64,000 nucleotides of DNA from the human T2T-CHM13v2.0 reference genome, Homo sapiens: assembly GCF_009914755.1 (NCBI RefSeq), contig NC_060927.1. One strand, given 5' to 3'. Below the pieces are notes generated by a model that did no database searches, had not been told where the DNA came from, and worked only from the letters and a program-made list of their open reading frames with translations. Shown here one piece after another: positions 28,958 to 48,345 of the stretch. A program made the translations under genes and the position numbers. Numbering within the stretch: position 1 is the stretch's first letter; each line of letters begins with the position of its first letter.

Positions 28958-30793
28958 CTACTTCATGAAAAAGGAGCAAAACTGATCAGCATGTCGCTAA
29001 GTCATAGGAGAATGTTTTTAGAGATTCTGAGTAACTCTGAGGAATTTTAATGAGAAGATTAAAACACACAAGAATAAGAACTATCAGGAAAATAACTACT
29101 TGCTGGTCGCTACCTACCCTAAGTATCCGGTATAAACTCACAAACTTCCTCCTAGAAAGAAGGAGTCTCCCAAAGAAGTCAGTAAATGGGGTGTGAGGAA
29201 CTCTGCTCCAAGCTCTAGTCCAACTTATTTCTCATGAATAACTAACATTTTCTCTATCCATGGAGTCCCCCAACCACCATCTGAGTAATAGCACCAGGGA
29301 GGTATGGGGCCTGATTCCTGCCCCAGGAAAGCAAACTAATATTGTTAGGCACTGTTTCTTAAGGGGGACACTCCCTCATGTCTTTTTATGGCCAGAAGTG
29401 TCATCGTGATAGAACTGGTGCTTCCCCAATTGAACCGTACACACTCCAAACAAGTAATTGTAAAACCTAGGCTCCCAAAGTGGACTTCAGAGAGTACATA
29501 AACCCCTTGCAGTTATATGTAAGAGTCTATGTCTGTACGTTTTTCTGTGGAGATAATCCATACCTTCCAGTAGCCATAACTCCAAAATATATACTAGACT
29601 TAGTTACTATTTCCTCATTAGCTGGATCTAGTGGTACAGATTATGCCCTTCTGACCAAAAAGATAAAGCTCAACATGAACACCTTTACTGGAACTGCCTT
29701 TACTTGTTTGCTTAAACCTCACAGTAGTCATCTTCCTTTCTGTTGTCCAAATTCCCTACTTATCTTTCAGGTCCAGCATGAGTAACATCTCCCTCAGTAT
29801 CTGGTGCTTCCCTCAGGGAGAGAGTTCTTCAACTGTCACTATCTGCAGTGCCAGTTTGCTCAGAGGTGGCTCTCACACAGTAAGCAAACAAAATCACCTG
29901 AGGCTGCAGCAAGCTGCTTCCACACTAGGACTGCAAAGGCTGTACCTCTGTTCACCTGTTCAGCTGAAATCGGATCTGCCCCATGAAGCCACACTTGGCT
30001 CACACCATTGACTGTCTGGATGCTCTAGCTTTTCTGCTTTCTGATGACCATGCCTTTGCCCTCTTGATTTCCCTTGGCTACCTGGCTTCTGACCTAGAAT
30101 GCCATGATGCTCTTGTTCCCCATATGGTCTGCTTCCTCATGCTCACCTTCCTTTCATCCTACTGACCTAGTGCTACTTTAAGCTGGCATGACATCATGAA
30201 GCCATCCTCAGCGACAGAGCCATATCGCCTTCCACTGACTCTTAAAGTCATTACTGTCTGTATCCTCATTTTGACATTTATCACTCTGCTGTGTGGAATT
30301 AATACAAATACTTCAGTCAGGTATCATATCTTCCTCTCCTTTCTTAAATAGAACTTAAATTTAAAGATAGATTGATAACTTTTACTTCTAAATCCCCAAA
30401 GCACACAGCACAGTATTACTCCCCAAATGAGTTTAATTATATATTCTCTCTCAATTAAATATAAATGTGTATGTGTGTGTATATACACACATAGTCCCAC
30501 ACTGAAAATGAATGAGGGGCCTCAGGTATTTCAAGGGGGACTGATGACAATATTAATAATCCTCACTTAATGAGAAAATAAACTTTTGTTATCTACGTAT
30601 TTTTGTACGTAAGTGAACACGTTATAACTGGCTGTATTATTCTCTATAACCTGTATGTATGTCTCTTCTAGAAATAGCAAATCTCATCCTCAATAACTAA
30701 TCATGACCTTTCTGCCCCATCTCTAGCAGCTTTTTCTTCCTCTGTATGCACCAAACCTTAATTTCTTCCCAGGAAAATTTAAAACATGCCTCC

Positions 30794-31108
<315 letters not shown>

Positions 31109-31329
31109 TCATGGTTTGACAATCTCAGTGACAGTGAAATGGTATTTAAAGCAGAAATATGGAATGTGACAGAAGAAAAAAAGAAAATTTCACTGTACTT
31201 GTTAGTACAAGAAATAATTTATCCAAGCAATAAAGGGAAAACTCAGGGAAAATATTCTGAAAGTAAGAACAAGAAAACAATATCAGCAAAGGAACATATG
31301 TGATAAAGAGATCAAGAGTATATTCTAAG

Positions 31330-31957
31330 ATCAGAGAACACTGAAGGTCATAAATAGGAATATCAACATATCCTTAAAGTATGGTCTGAAGACCACAGAG
31401 GATCCCAAAATCTGCAGTCAAAATTACTTTCATAATAACACTATGAGGCTATTTGCCTTTTTCAGTTTTATTTTCTTGTAAGAGTGCAGCAAAGTGGCCA
31501 ACTGTCCTGGTATAGAAGTGAAATTCCACATCCTGGGAAACTCATCCGTCTCCCACAAATTGAGACATGCATCATCCCAGACTGTACAGAGTTTCCCAAA
31601 GAGGGTTACAGGACATGTGATATTACAACAGATTGAATACAGAAGCAGATACAAACAGCCAGCTGTGTTCTCTTAAGCCAAACATTAAAGAGATTTACAC
31701 ATATGTAAAATAAAGCCACCTATCAAGAATTTTCTTTAGTTCTTAAGAGATGTAGTTATTTTCATAAAAATATGTGACATGTCAAAATATGGTGAGTTTG
31801 TAATTACTTTAAATGTTAATGTTTTAAAATTCCCTGTTTTAATTTATAATATGGTAAATATATAGACATAACCCACAAAAACAAGAGCTCTTTGAAATCC
31901 TTAATAATTTCTAATAGTATAAAGACATCATGAGACCAAAACATTTGAGAACTGTTG
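31330..31957. mobile_element. Charlie1-like hAT fragment with a nested MER81-like element at ~31490-31580
   Basis: gccaaacattaaagagattt...tgagaccaaaacatttgagaactgttg; nested gtggccaactgtcctgg...tcctgggaaac. Confidence 0.6.
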
Positions 31958-32045
31958 AGAAATAAAATAAAAAATACTTCCCATTTACATTTCTGATACA
32001 ATTATTCTCATCATGTTACAGCACAGGCCTCATCTATGAACAAAC

Positions 32046-32199
32046 CTGTTCGGTCACTTTGGAGCATACCCTCTCGATGACCATGGGATTTGAAGGTTGA
32101 GTGGAAGGTCTCTAATTGCTTCTGAATGTTAACTGTGGCTATTTTGACAATATCAGCTGCTGATCCTTGGACTATTGTGTTGATAGCTTGACGCTCAGC
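32046..32199 (-). CDS. POLQ: POLQ exon (AERQAINTIVQGSAADIVK...EGMLQSDRT)
   Basis: Acceptor ttttctag, donor G|gtttgt; 154 nt; conserved Pol A ERxAxN..QGSAAD motif. Confidence 0.97.
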
Positions 32200-33030
32200 C
32201 TAGAAAAAACAATCAACAGGTGCTCCACCAGATATGCCAACATGGTTTCATACTTTCCTTTAGTGTCCACAGTTTAGTGCTCACATTTGCAGCCAGACTG
32301 GAAAGCTGGACTGAGATGCAACCCAGAACACCAACTATTAGGCTGCATCCTAAGAATAACACCTATCATGATCCAGGGCTCTAGATTCTGGGGTTTCCAC
32401 ATTAGGGCAGACAAAAATAAGGTCAGATTGCTTCAGCTTAGATATCTTGACTACTCAGTTAGCATCCAAAAACTACTTTGCACTTAGATGTATTTAGCTC
32501 ATCAGTGTTATAGCTGTTCTAGACATCATTCTAAGAGATCTGCTCCTCAAAATAATCTTAATCCTAAATAAGTAGAATATCATTCTTTGGGAGGGGGGTT
32601 GGAATGTCCTAAGCACACCCTCTATACCAATGGCCTCTTGGTCTTTAATATAGAGTGTGAGCCCTGCAGGTATGGAGCCCTCTGATGTGAATCAGAGCTT
32701 TTCATGGGCTGCTGAGGCAAATCCTTAGCCGCTAGTGAAAACGCACATCCTAGATCCCTGGGTATTCAGTTACAACTTCCTTGAAATGACTGCTGCCAAG
32801 TGCTTCTTGGCAGGGAACCATGCCTACTAAAATTAGTCATCTTGGAAGAGTAGAGAAGGGAGTCTGGGTTAATATCCAGGTGTAATCTATATATGAATAT
32901 CATTCCCGGTGCCCCAAAATATCTAAGAAAATGAAAAAGGTCTACTCCAGGGAAGGGGGTCAATGTAACATGAGAGGTATTCTCTAGTCCTCTGTCATCT
33001 GAGCTATACCCAACTTCTAATATATTAAAT

Positions 33031-34075
33031 GCCTGTAATCTCAGCTACTCAGGAGGCTAAGGCAAGATGATCAGTTAAGACCAGGAGTTTGAAACCAGCC
33101 TGGGCAACATAGTGAGACCCTGTCTTTAAGAAAAACAAAATAAAACAAAAACCTCTCTCCACACCTAAAATTACTAATGAGTGGGAGAAAAGGCCAGACA
33201 CAATGTAGGAGAGAATATTTTCTACACATGTAACCAGTAACAGGTTCCTACAAATTGATAAGAAAAAATGCAGAAAACTCAACAGAAAAATTAAAAAGAA
33301 AACCAGAATAGGTATTTACCCATGAAAAAATAACTAAATGGCTAATACACATTTGTAAGGTTGCTCATTTGTAAGATTACCTCACTAGTAGCCAAGGAAA
33401 CACAAATTAAAATTACAGGATACTACTTTATACCCACCAGAATAGCTAAAATTATATTAGCTTAATAGCAAGTGTCGACAAGAATGCAGAGCAGTGAGGA
33501 CTCACATACTCTTCTGAAGGGAGGACAAACTGCTATAATCTCCACAGAAAACAATTTGGCTTTATCTACTGAAGTTGAAAATATGCAGCAATCCCACCAC
33601 TGTGTCTTTACCAAACATAAATGCATGTAAATGTGCACCAAGAACCTTGTACAAGCATGTTCAAAAACATAATAGCTTAGCTTCAAACTGAAAACCCAAG
33701 TTCTCATCAAGAGAAAAATAGATAAATTATGGTATATTTATATAAGAGTATACAGCTATTCCTACAAGAAACAAGAATGACTTACCCATGTAATTTTGAT
33801 AGAAGCTAGATACAAAATATACATATATGATGTATATGGAGCTCAAAAAAATGCAAAACAAAACTATAGTGTTAGAAGTTATAACAGTGGCTATTTCTGG
33901 GAAGGCGATGGGTGGTGATTAGGAGGATGCATGAGGGGCGCTTCTGGGGCACTGACAGTATTCTATTTCTTGCCCTGAGTGGTAGTTACACAGGTGTAGC
34001 TCTGTGATAATTTAGTGAAATCTACATTCTTTATGTGTGAGAATGTATTTTTCAGTACAACAAAAGTTTGAACAA
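33031..34075 (+). mobile_element. Alu fragment (33031-33150) followed by an old L1ME-type 3' end
   Basis: gcctgtaatctcagctactc...gagaccctgtct; then ggatactactttatacccaccagaatagctaaa and ctatttcttgccctgagtggtagttacacaggtgt. Confidence 0.7.
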
Positions 34076-35152
34076 AAGCAAAAACCAAAACAAAAACCAA
34101 AAAACAACCTGGCTGTGTTTACTCTATTCCTAATTCAGAGGGCTGGAATATTTTTCCTCAGCAGCAACATAATGAATCAGAACTTTAACACTGAAGTATT
34201 TGGCATGAAAAAGTCTTATTACTCTCTTGCATCTTCAGGTACAATAATATTAATTTTCACAAACTTATATGATTCATTTATATTAATAACTACATATTCC
34301 ATTTTTTATCATGTAAATTCCAGAAAACATAATCAATTCGTATTATTAGATCGAGTCCAAGTTTCTCAGCCTGCCACTAAAAGCCTTCTGTCATTTAGAA
34401 GAAGCCTTTTAGTCTCCTAGGTTCTAGCTGGCTCCATCTATCCAGGAGAAAATTATATACCCCTATGTGACAACTCAAACTCTCCATTCCTACCAGTTTG
34501 GCTTCTAGCCAGTCCTCACTCAGTTATCCTTTTGTGATTGTCTTTTTCTCATTCCCAACAGCCTAAACTTTAGCCTTCAAGAATCTGTTTAAGTCTTTCC
34601 TTCTCCCTGAAACCTAAATAATTAAGTATATCAATGATGTTTTCATATATATTTTTTTGTTTGCATTATTTCTTCCAAGACTTAAAACTTAAGTTTCCTA
34701 GTCCATCAACTAAAGTTACTAGTTCACTTAGAGATATGGTAAAAGCCTGATAAATATCTGATATTTGCATGTGGATATATGGGAGGCTAGAGAGTAAAGC
34801 AGTAACAAAAAGCCAACTATTCTTCCACAGTCCCTAAAAGCATTAATGCTCTGAAGGCTTTGAGCTCCAGACAGAAGTTTAGCGGGGTATTTTCATTATA
34901 TACAATGTCTAATGAGCACTAAAACACAAAGTTATGGGTGAAGGGCAAAAAACATCTAGTTAAAATAGGAAGATATGAACTATACTAGAAGTTTAAATAC
35001 TTAGGTACACAGAATACTTTCATGAATCCCAATGAATTCAGAAAGACACTTAAACATAATTTGAGCAAATATCAATAAATCTTTTAAGTGCCGTTAAAAA
35101 TAGCCTTATTCACTATTTGGGATATCTTAATAATCTCTGATGAGATAGTGCC

Positions 35153-35489
<337 letters not shown>

Positions 35490-35914
35490 TGAACCAAAAA
35501 TTAATCAAAATTTAGTGACTGGCTAATCTCTGAGGAATGTTAGCAATTTGGTATGATATGATAAATTAGTATATGGTATAGGAAACAAAGAATAATTAGC
35601 AAATGTAAAAATTAAGTTTATTTACAACTTAGTACCTAAGCTAATAAATAATTGGTTTACTGCAACAGAACATGTTTAAAGTATTATTAAGTAAACACAT
35701 GTTTACATTAATCCCCCAGACTCTGTTCAGCAAATACTGGCATGTGCCATCACTTCAGAAGTCCTTAATGAAACCAATGGTTGACGTTGTCTATACAGAA
35801 AATCCAATTAATATGCCAGTAATCCCTAAAACGGATATTTGTAGTATTTACTCTGCTGAAAAAGTACATGTCATTGAAATGTTAAGTTAAAATTCCTAAA
35901 AAATTTCAACATAC

Positions 35915-36039
35915 GTGAGCTTTACGATAAGGGTTGTTGTCTTTGATTCCTGGCAAATATCTACGCCTTCCCAAAATGGTCTGAACAAATCCGTCTCTTT
36001 TACAATTCTTCACTGTCTCTGTCATGAATTGATTAATCC
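35915..36039 (-). CDS. POLQ: POLQ exon (GINQFMTETVKNCKRDGFVQTILGRRRYLPGIKDNNPYRKAH)
   Basis: Acceptor tctttgtag, donor CAC|gtatgt; 125 nt; Pol A GxVxTxxGRRR motif. Confidence 0.97.
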
Positions 36040-36256
36040 CTACAAAGAAAATACAGAAATAATTAATTAGAACCAAAGTCTATCCTTCACTTCATTCACT
36101 GGCTTAAATATGGCAAAATACACCAAAACCCCACGATGATTCTTAACATTAATATCATATCGTCAAATCAGGCATGCAAACTTTCATTCACTTTTTCTAG
36201 ACTCAAAAAGTTAGAAATAAAAGAGACTTTAGAAATGAAATACTCTAACTCTTTGG

Positions 36257-36557
36257 GTTTTTTTGTTTTTGAGACAGGATCTCGCTCACTCTGTCACCCA
36301 GGTGGGAGTGCAGTGGTGCTATCATGGTTCACTGCAGCCTGGATCTCCCCAGGCTCAGGAGATCCTCCCACCTCAGCCTCCTGCCTAGGTGGGACTACAG
36401 GCACCGCGTCACGATGCCAGGATAATTTTTATATTTTTTGTAGAGATGAGGTTTCGTAATGTGGCCCAGGCTGGTCTCAAACATCTGAGCTCAAGCGATC
36501 TGCCCACCTCCGCCTCCCAAAGTGCTAGGATTACAGGTGTGAGCTACTACATGGCCT
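36257..36557 (-). mobile_element. Alu (J-type)
   Basis: Reverse dimeric Alu. Confidence 0.9.
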
Positions 36558-37174
36558 TTGTTTTTTGAGTAACAACAACAAAAACAAAACGTAAAACTAA
36601 AAATTCCAGAACGGGGCAGATATCTAGGTGTCTTTATTCCAGGATCTTAAGACTATTCCACATCACTTTTCACAAGTGTCTGTTGATTGTGTGAATCCCC
36701 TTTTACTCTTTCATCTTATCATTCCTAGGTTTAAAACATTTCAATAGCTCCTTGTTACCATCTACACTATGATCCAAAGTAGGACCTTGCTGAAATTAAT
36801 GCATGAGTTACGATAAATATTTCACTAGGAATAAACATGACCCACTTCTTAAAATAAAAAAAAAACTATGTGTAGTGTAGTATTCCAACATATTTGTATT
36901 TCCTAGACCAACATTCATCCTTTGCAATCTGGGTCAGTCATTATGTCTTAAGCATCTCCAGGATGAATCCTTTGCTGTTGGTGATATGTAATCAATAGCA
37001 TGGGAATTTCCAAAAGCCACTGGACTCTCATCTTTTTCTGTTTAAGAATTACTGTGATATTTTTGGGTAAAGAGGAAAGAAAAGGGTGAGATTTAAGAGG
37101 CTGTACTTCTACAAAATCTCTTACCAAACTCCTATAGGAGACCTCCAAATACTCAAATTGAAAGAGCTACTTTA

Positions 37175-38070
37175 AAAAAAAAATCAGTGCTGAGGTATAA
37201 TTTACATGCAACAAAATACACTCGCTTTAAACAGCTTGAGGCATTTTAACAAATATACACACCCCTGCAGCTACTACTACAAGATACAAAACATGTTCAT
37301 CTCCCTTTACAGTCAGGCCCCATGATCACCCTCAGACACTCACTCATCTGCTTTATGATACTCTTAAGTTTTTCATGTTCATGAATATCATACAAATTGA
37401 ATGACACTGTATATGCTCATTTGTGTCTGCCTTCTTTTGCTAAGAAAAACATTTTTAAGAATCATCAATATTGTACTGAATATCAATATTTAATTACTAT
37501 TCCTTGATCTATACTACTCTGTTGTGGAGGTATAACAAAATTTGTTTATACATTTTCCTGTTGATAGACATGTGGCCTGTTCTCAGAATCTGGCTGTTGT
37601 GAATAAAGCTGCTATAATATTCACATACGAGCCTTCCTTTGGACATGCTTTCATTTTTCTTGCACAAATACGATAGTAGAATTGCACGGTTATATAGTTA
37701 AATGGATGTTTAACTTTACACAAAAAAGCCATACTGTTCTCCAAAGTAGTTTTACCATTTTACAAATAAATGAACAACGTAAAAGACTGTGTTTTTAATA
37801 TTGGCCATTCTAGTGTTTTTGTAATGGCATCTCTTTGTTTTTGGCATCTCAGTTTGCTTTTGCTTGATGACAAATAATGACAATGTTTAATATGGTCATT
37901 CATATCTTTGGTAAAGTGTCTCTTCAAATTTTCTGACTTTTAATTTATCGGATTGTCTAGCTTCTGAGCATTGAATGGTAAAAGTTCTTCATATATTCTG
38001 GATATACATCCTTTGTTCGATGGAACTACTGCAAATATTTCTTCCCAGTTTGTACCTTGCTTTTACATTT
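37175..38070 (-). mobile_element. Old L1 (L1ME/MC-type) 3' end
   Basis: gaggtataatttacatgcaacaaaatacac, gtgaataaagctgctata motifs. Confidence 0.7.
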
Positions 38071-38077
38071 TTCATAA

Positions 38078-44282
<6,205 letters not shown>

Positions 44283-45240
44283 TTTCATTTTTTATTTTAT
44301 TTTATTTTTTGGGATGGAGTTTCATTCTTGACCCCCAGGCTGGAGTGCAATGGCGTGATCTCGGCTCACTGCACCTCCGCCTCCCAGGTTCAAGTGATTC
44401 TCCTGCCTCAGCCTCCGAGTAGCTGGGACTTGCAGGTGCATGCCACCACGCCCAGGTAATTTTTGTATTTTTAGTAGAGATGGGGTTTCACCATGTTGGC
44501 CAGGATGGTCTCGATCTCTTGACCTCGTGATCTGTCCACCTCAGCCTCCCAAAGTGCTGGGATTACAGACGTGAGCCACCATGCCTAGTATTGTATTGCT
44601 TGCTTCAGTACCAATACAAGGGGGATAAGGGATAAGGGACAGGGTTGATTTAAAAAGAGCATAAAAGAACTTTTTGGGATGATAGAGTAATGGTTCTATA
44701 TCTTGGTTGTAGTGTAAATTTTATGACCATATGCATTTGTCAAAATTCACAGAACTATATACCTTTTTCAGGGTGAATCTAATTATTATACGTAAATTAT
44801 ACCACAACAAACAGGCAAAAAAGATCATTTAAGACAATACTCAAACTGCTCTATAACAGCAATTGTTCTCAGAATTCCTCGTATATTTAATTAGCAATTA
44901 TCAGAGTTCCTAGTATATATACTCAATAGTTTACTGTTTCAAACTACAGCTATCTAAACCAAAGCACAAGTCAACTCCTGATTTTATGGGTTGTTCACAG
45001 TGACACAGTAGATTCACATCAACTACATTTTACTATTCTGTTCCAACTTTAATGAAAAATATGAAATAAGATTATTACATCTTAGTAAGTGATTATAAGG
45101 TTAATCTTATTTACCCTTAACAATGCCTGATGAAAACTTCTGACTAATTGATATTTCAAAAGAAAATTCCATTACACAAATTTTTAAAAATATAATATGG
45201 TAAGATGGTTGAAAAGAATACTATCTAGAAGATAAATTAC

Positions 45241-45352
45241 CTGTGTATCTGGATTTGAAGGAGTCAATATAGCATGCAGCATCATTTTCTTTAATGCCCA
45301 TCTGCTCTCCCAAAGATTTAGCTCCCATTCCATAAATGATCCCATAGCAAAT
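45241..45352 (-). CDS. POLQ: POLQ exon, second half of motif B (ICYGIIYGMGAKSLGEQMG...FKSRYT)
   Basis: Acceptor ccctttcag, donor G|gtaatt; 112 nt; YGxxYG motif. Confidence 0.97.
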
Positions 45353-46267
45353 CTGAAAGGGAGTCATCCAACAAATAAAGGTTATAAGTACATAAAATGC
45401 AAATAAAAGGGTTCATTAGGATGCGAATTTCGGCAAACTTTTTATTTCACAGTGAGTGAAACAATGATTAGATTGCTTTTGGTGGGTTACATCCACAGAG
45501 ACTGATATCCAGCAAACATCTTTTCTGCCTTTCAGCATTACTTTTTGAGAGAGAGACAGAAGGGCAGGAGGGAGTATGAATGAATAGGTATGTGTGATCT
45601 AAGGAAAAATTTATTTTTGACTATTTGTCCTTTATCCAGCAGTCTTTATAGCAACTTTTTACTCCTCACAGAACTTCATTAACTTCCACTTCAAGTGCCT
45701 AGGAGTCAGGGAAGAGAAGCATTACCAACATCCCTCTTCTTGTCCTTGAAAAAGACTTGAAGTGTAGAAAGAGTAGGCTTTGTGACTTTATGACGAAGAC
45801 TTAACTGGAAAAAAAAATCCTCCTCACCTCATAGCCACCTAAATGTCCACAACTGCAGAATTTAATTCACTTAAATACAAACAAAAACTCCTAAGAAAAT
45901 TTCGGGAGTAGTGAAGGGAAATGATCTAAATAGGCAATTAAAGAAAGTCTGGTTTAATCACAAGGACGGCCGGGGTTCAAAGCCTAGATCTATCATTCAC
46001 AAAATGTATCATCTTGCACAAGTCACTTAACCAATTTGTATCTTAATTTCTTCATCTACAAAATGAAGACAGTAATATCTGCATCATGGGATTGTTAGGT
46101 TTAAATGAGTTATTACTTATAACTGTTTAGGAAACTGACATAAAGCAAGCTCTGTATAAATATCATTAAATAAAATCTAAAAAGATAACTTGCATGATTA
46201 TCAGAATTCCAAAAAAACTTTCAACATGATAAGCTAACTAAAGTCTACCCCCACCCCCAAGTTTTCT

Positions 46268-48345
46268 ATTTTATTTTTTCGCTTTTTTATTATTTATTTA
46301 TTTTTTTTATTATACTTTAAGTTCTAGGGTATATGTGCACAATGTGCAGGTTTGTTACATATGTATACATGTGCCATGTTGGTGTGCTGCACTCATTAAC
46401 TCGTCATTTATATTAGGTGTATCTCCTAATGCTATCCCTCCCCCCTCCCCCAACCCCACAACGGGCCCCAGTGTGTGATGTTCCCTGTCCTGTGTCCAAG
46501 TGTTCTCATTATTCTTTTCTTTAATAGTGCTGAATATTGGCCCCAACTTTTTTCTGGCTTGTAGGCTTTCTGCAGAGAGAACTGGTGTTAGTCTGATGGG
46601 CTTCCCTTTGTGGGTAACCCGACCTTTCTCTCTGGCTGCCCTTAACATTTTTTCCTTCATTTCAACTTTGGTGAATCTGACAATTATGTGTCTTGGAGTT
46701 GCTCTTCTCGAGGAGTATCTTTGTGGTGTTCTCTGGATTTCCTGAATTTGAATGTTGGGCTGCCTTGCTAGATTGGGGAAGTTCTCCTGGATAATATCCT
46801 GCAGAGTGTTTTCCAACTTGGTTCCATTCTCCCGGTCACTTTCAGGTACACCAATCAGGTGTAGATTTGGTCTTTTCACATAGTCCCCTATTTCTTGGAG
46901 GCTTTGTTCGTTTCTTTTTATTCTTTTTCTCTAAACTTCTCTTCTTGCTTCATTTCATTTATTTGATCATCAATCACTGATACCCTTTCTTCCAGTTGAT
47001 CGAATTGGCTACTGAAGCTTGTGCATTTGTCACGTAGTTCTTTTGCCACGGTTTTCAGCTCCATCAGGTCATTTAAGGACTTCTCTACACTGGTTATTCT
47101 AGTTAGCCATTCGTCTAATCTTTTTTCAAGGTTTTTAGCTTCTTTGCAATGGGTCCAAACTTCCTCCTTTAGCTCGGAGAAGTTTGATTGTCTGAGGCCT
47201 CCTTCTCTCAACTTGTCAAAGTTATTCTCCGTCCAGCTTTGTTCCATTGCTGGCGAGGAGCTGAGTTCCTTTGGAGTGGGAGAGGCACTCTGATTTTTAG
47301 ATTTTTCAGCTTTTCTGCTCTGTTTTTTCCCCATCTTAGTGGTTTTATCTACCTTTGGTCTTTGATGATGGTGACGTACAGATGGGGTTTTGGTGTGGAT
47401 GTCCTTTCTGTTTGTTAGTTTTCCTTCTAACAGTCAGGACCCTCAGGTGCAGGTCTGTTGGAGTTTGCTGGAGGTCCGCTCCAGACTCTGTTTGCCTCGG
47501 TATGAGCAGCGGAGGCTGCAGAACAGTGAATATTGCTGACCAGCAAATGTTGCTGCCTGATCGCTCCTCTGGAAGCTTTGTCTCAGAGGGGTAACTGGCC
47601 GTGTGAGGTGTCAGCCTGCTCCTACTGGGGGGTGCCTCCTAGTTAGGCTACTTGGGGGTCAGGGACCCACTTGAGGGGGCAATCTGTCCGTTCTCAGATC
47701 TCAAACTCCGTGCGGGGAGAACCACTACTCTCTTCAAAGCTGTCCGATGGGACATTTAAGTCTGCAGAGGTTTCTGCTGCCTTTTGTTTGGCTATGCCCT
47801 GCCCCCAGAGGTGGAGTCTACAGAGGCAGGCAGGCGTCCTTGAGCTGTGGTGGGCTCCACCCAGTTCGAGCTTCCTGGCCTCTTTGTTTACCTACTCAAG
47901 CCTCAGCACTGGCGGGCGCCCCTCCCCCAGCCTTGCTGCTGCCTTGCAGTTCGATCTCAGACTGCTGTGCTAGCAATGAGCGAGGCTCCATGGACATGGT
48001 ACCCTCCGAGTCATGCACAGGATATAATCTGTTGATGTGCCCTTTGCTAAGACCCTTGGAAAAGCGCAGTATTAGGGTGGGAGTGACCCGATTTTCCAGG
48101 TGCCATCTGTCACAGCTTCCCTTGGCTAGGAAAGGGAATTCCCTGACCCCTTGTGCTTCCCAGGTGAGGTGATGCCTCGCCCTGCTTCGGCTCACGCTCG
48201 GTGGGCTGCACCCACTGTCCAACAAGCCCCAGTGAGATGAACCTGGTACCTCAGTTGGAAATGCAGAAATCACCTGTCTTCTGCATAGCTTACACTGGGA
48301 GCTGTAGACTGGAGCTGTTCCAATTCGGCCATCTTGGAACTGCCC
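46268..48345 (-). mobile_element. Internally deleted L1 (L1PA5-like): complete 5'UTR, partial ORF1, last ~200 nt of 3'UTR and A-tail
   Basis: 5' end GGGGGGCAGTTCCAAGATGGCC; ORF1 ATG 47334; ORF1-to-3'UTR junction at 46510/46511; degenerate TSD CCCCCACCCCCAAGTTTT (46248-46265) / CCCCCACCGCCACGTTTT (48344-48361); TTTT/AA site at 48360-48365. Confidence 0.92.
48327..48336 (-). promoter_or_regulatory. Intact YY1 site of the L1 internal promoter
   Basis: CAAGATGGCC on - strand near the element's 5' end. Confidence 0.85.

Noticed and set aside
46505-46520. Mini-L1 junction as a spliced L1 integrant
   Set aside because: Missing segment is not bounded by GT...AG.
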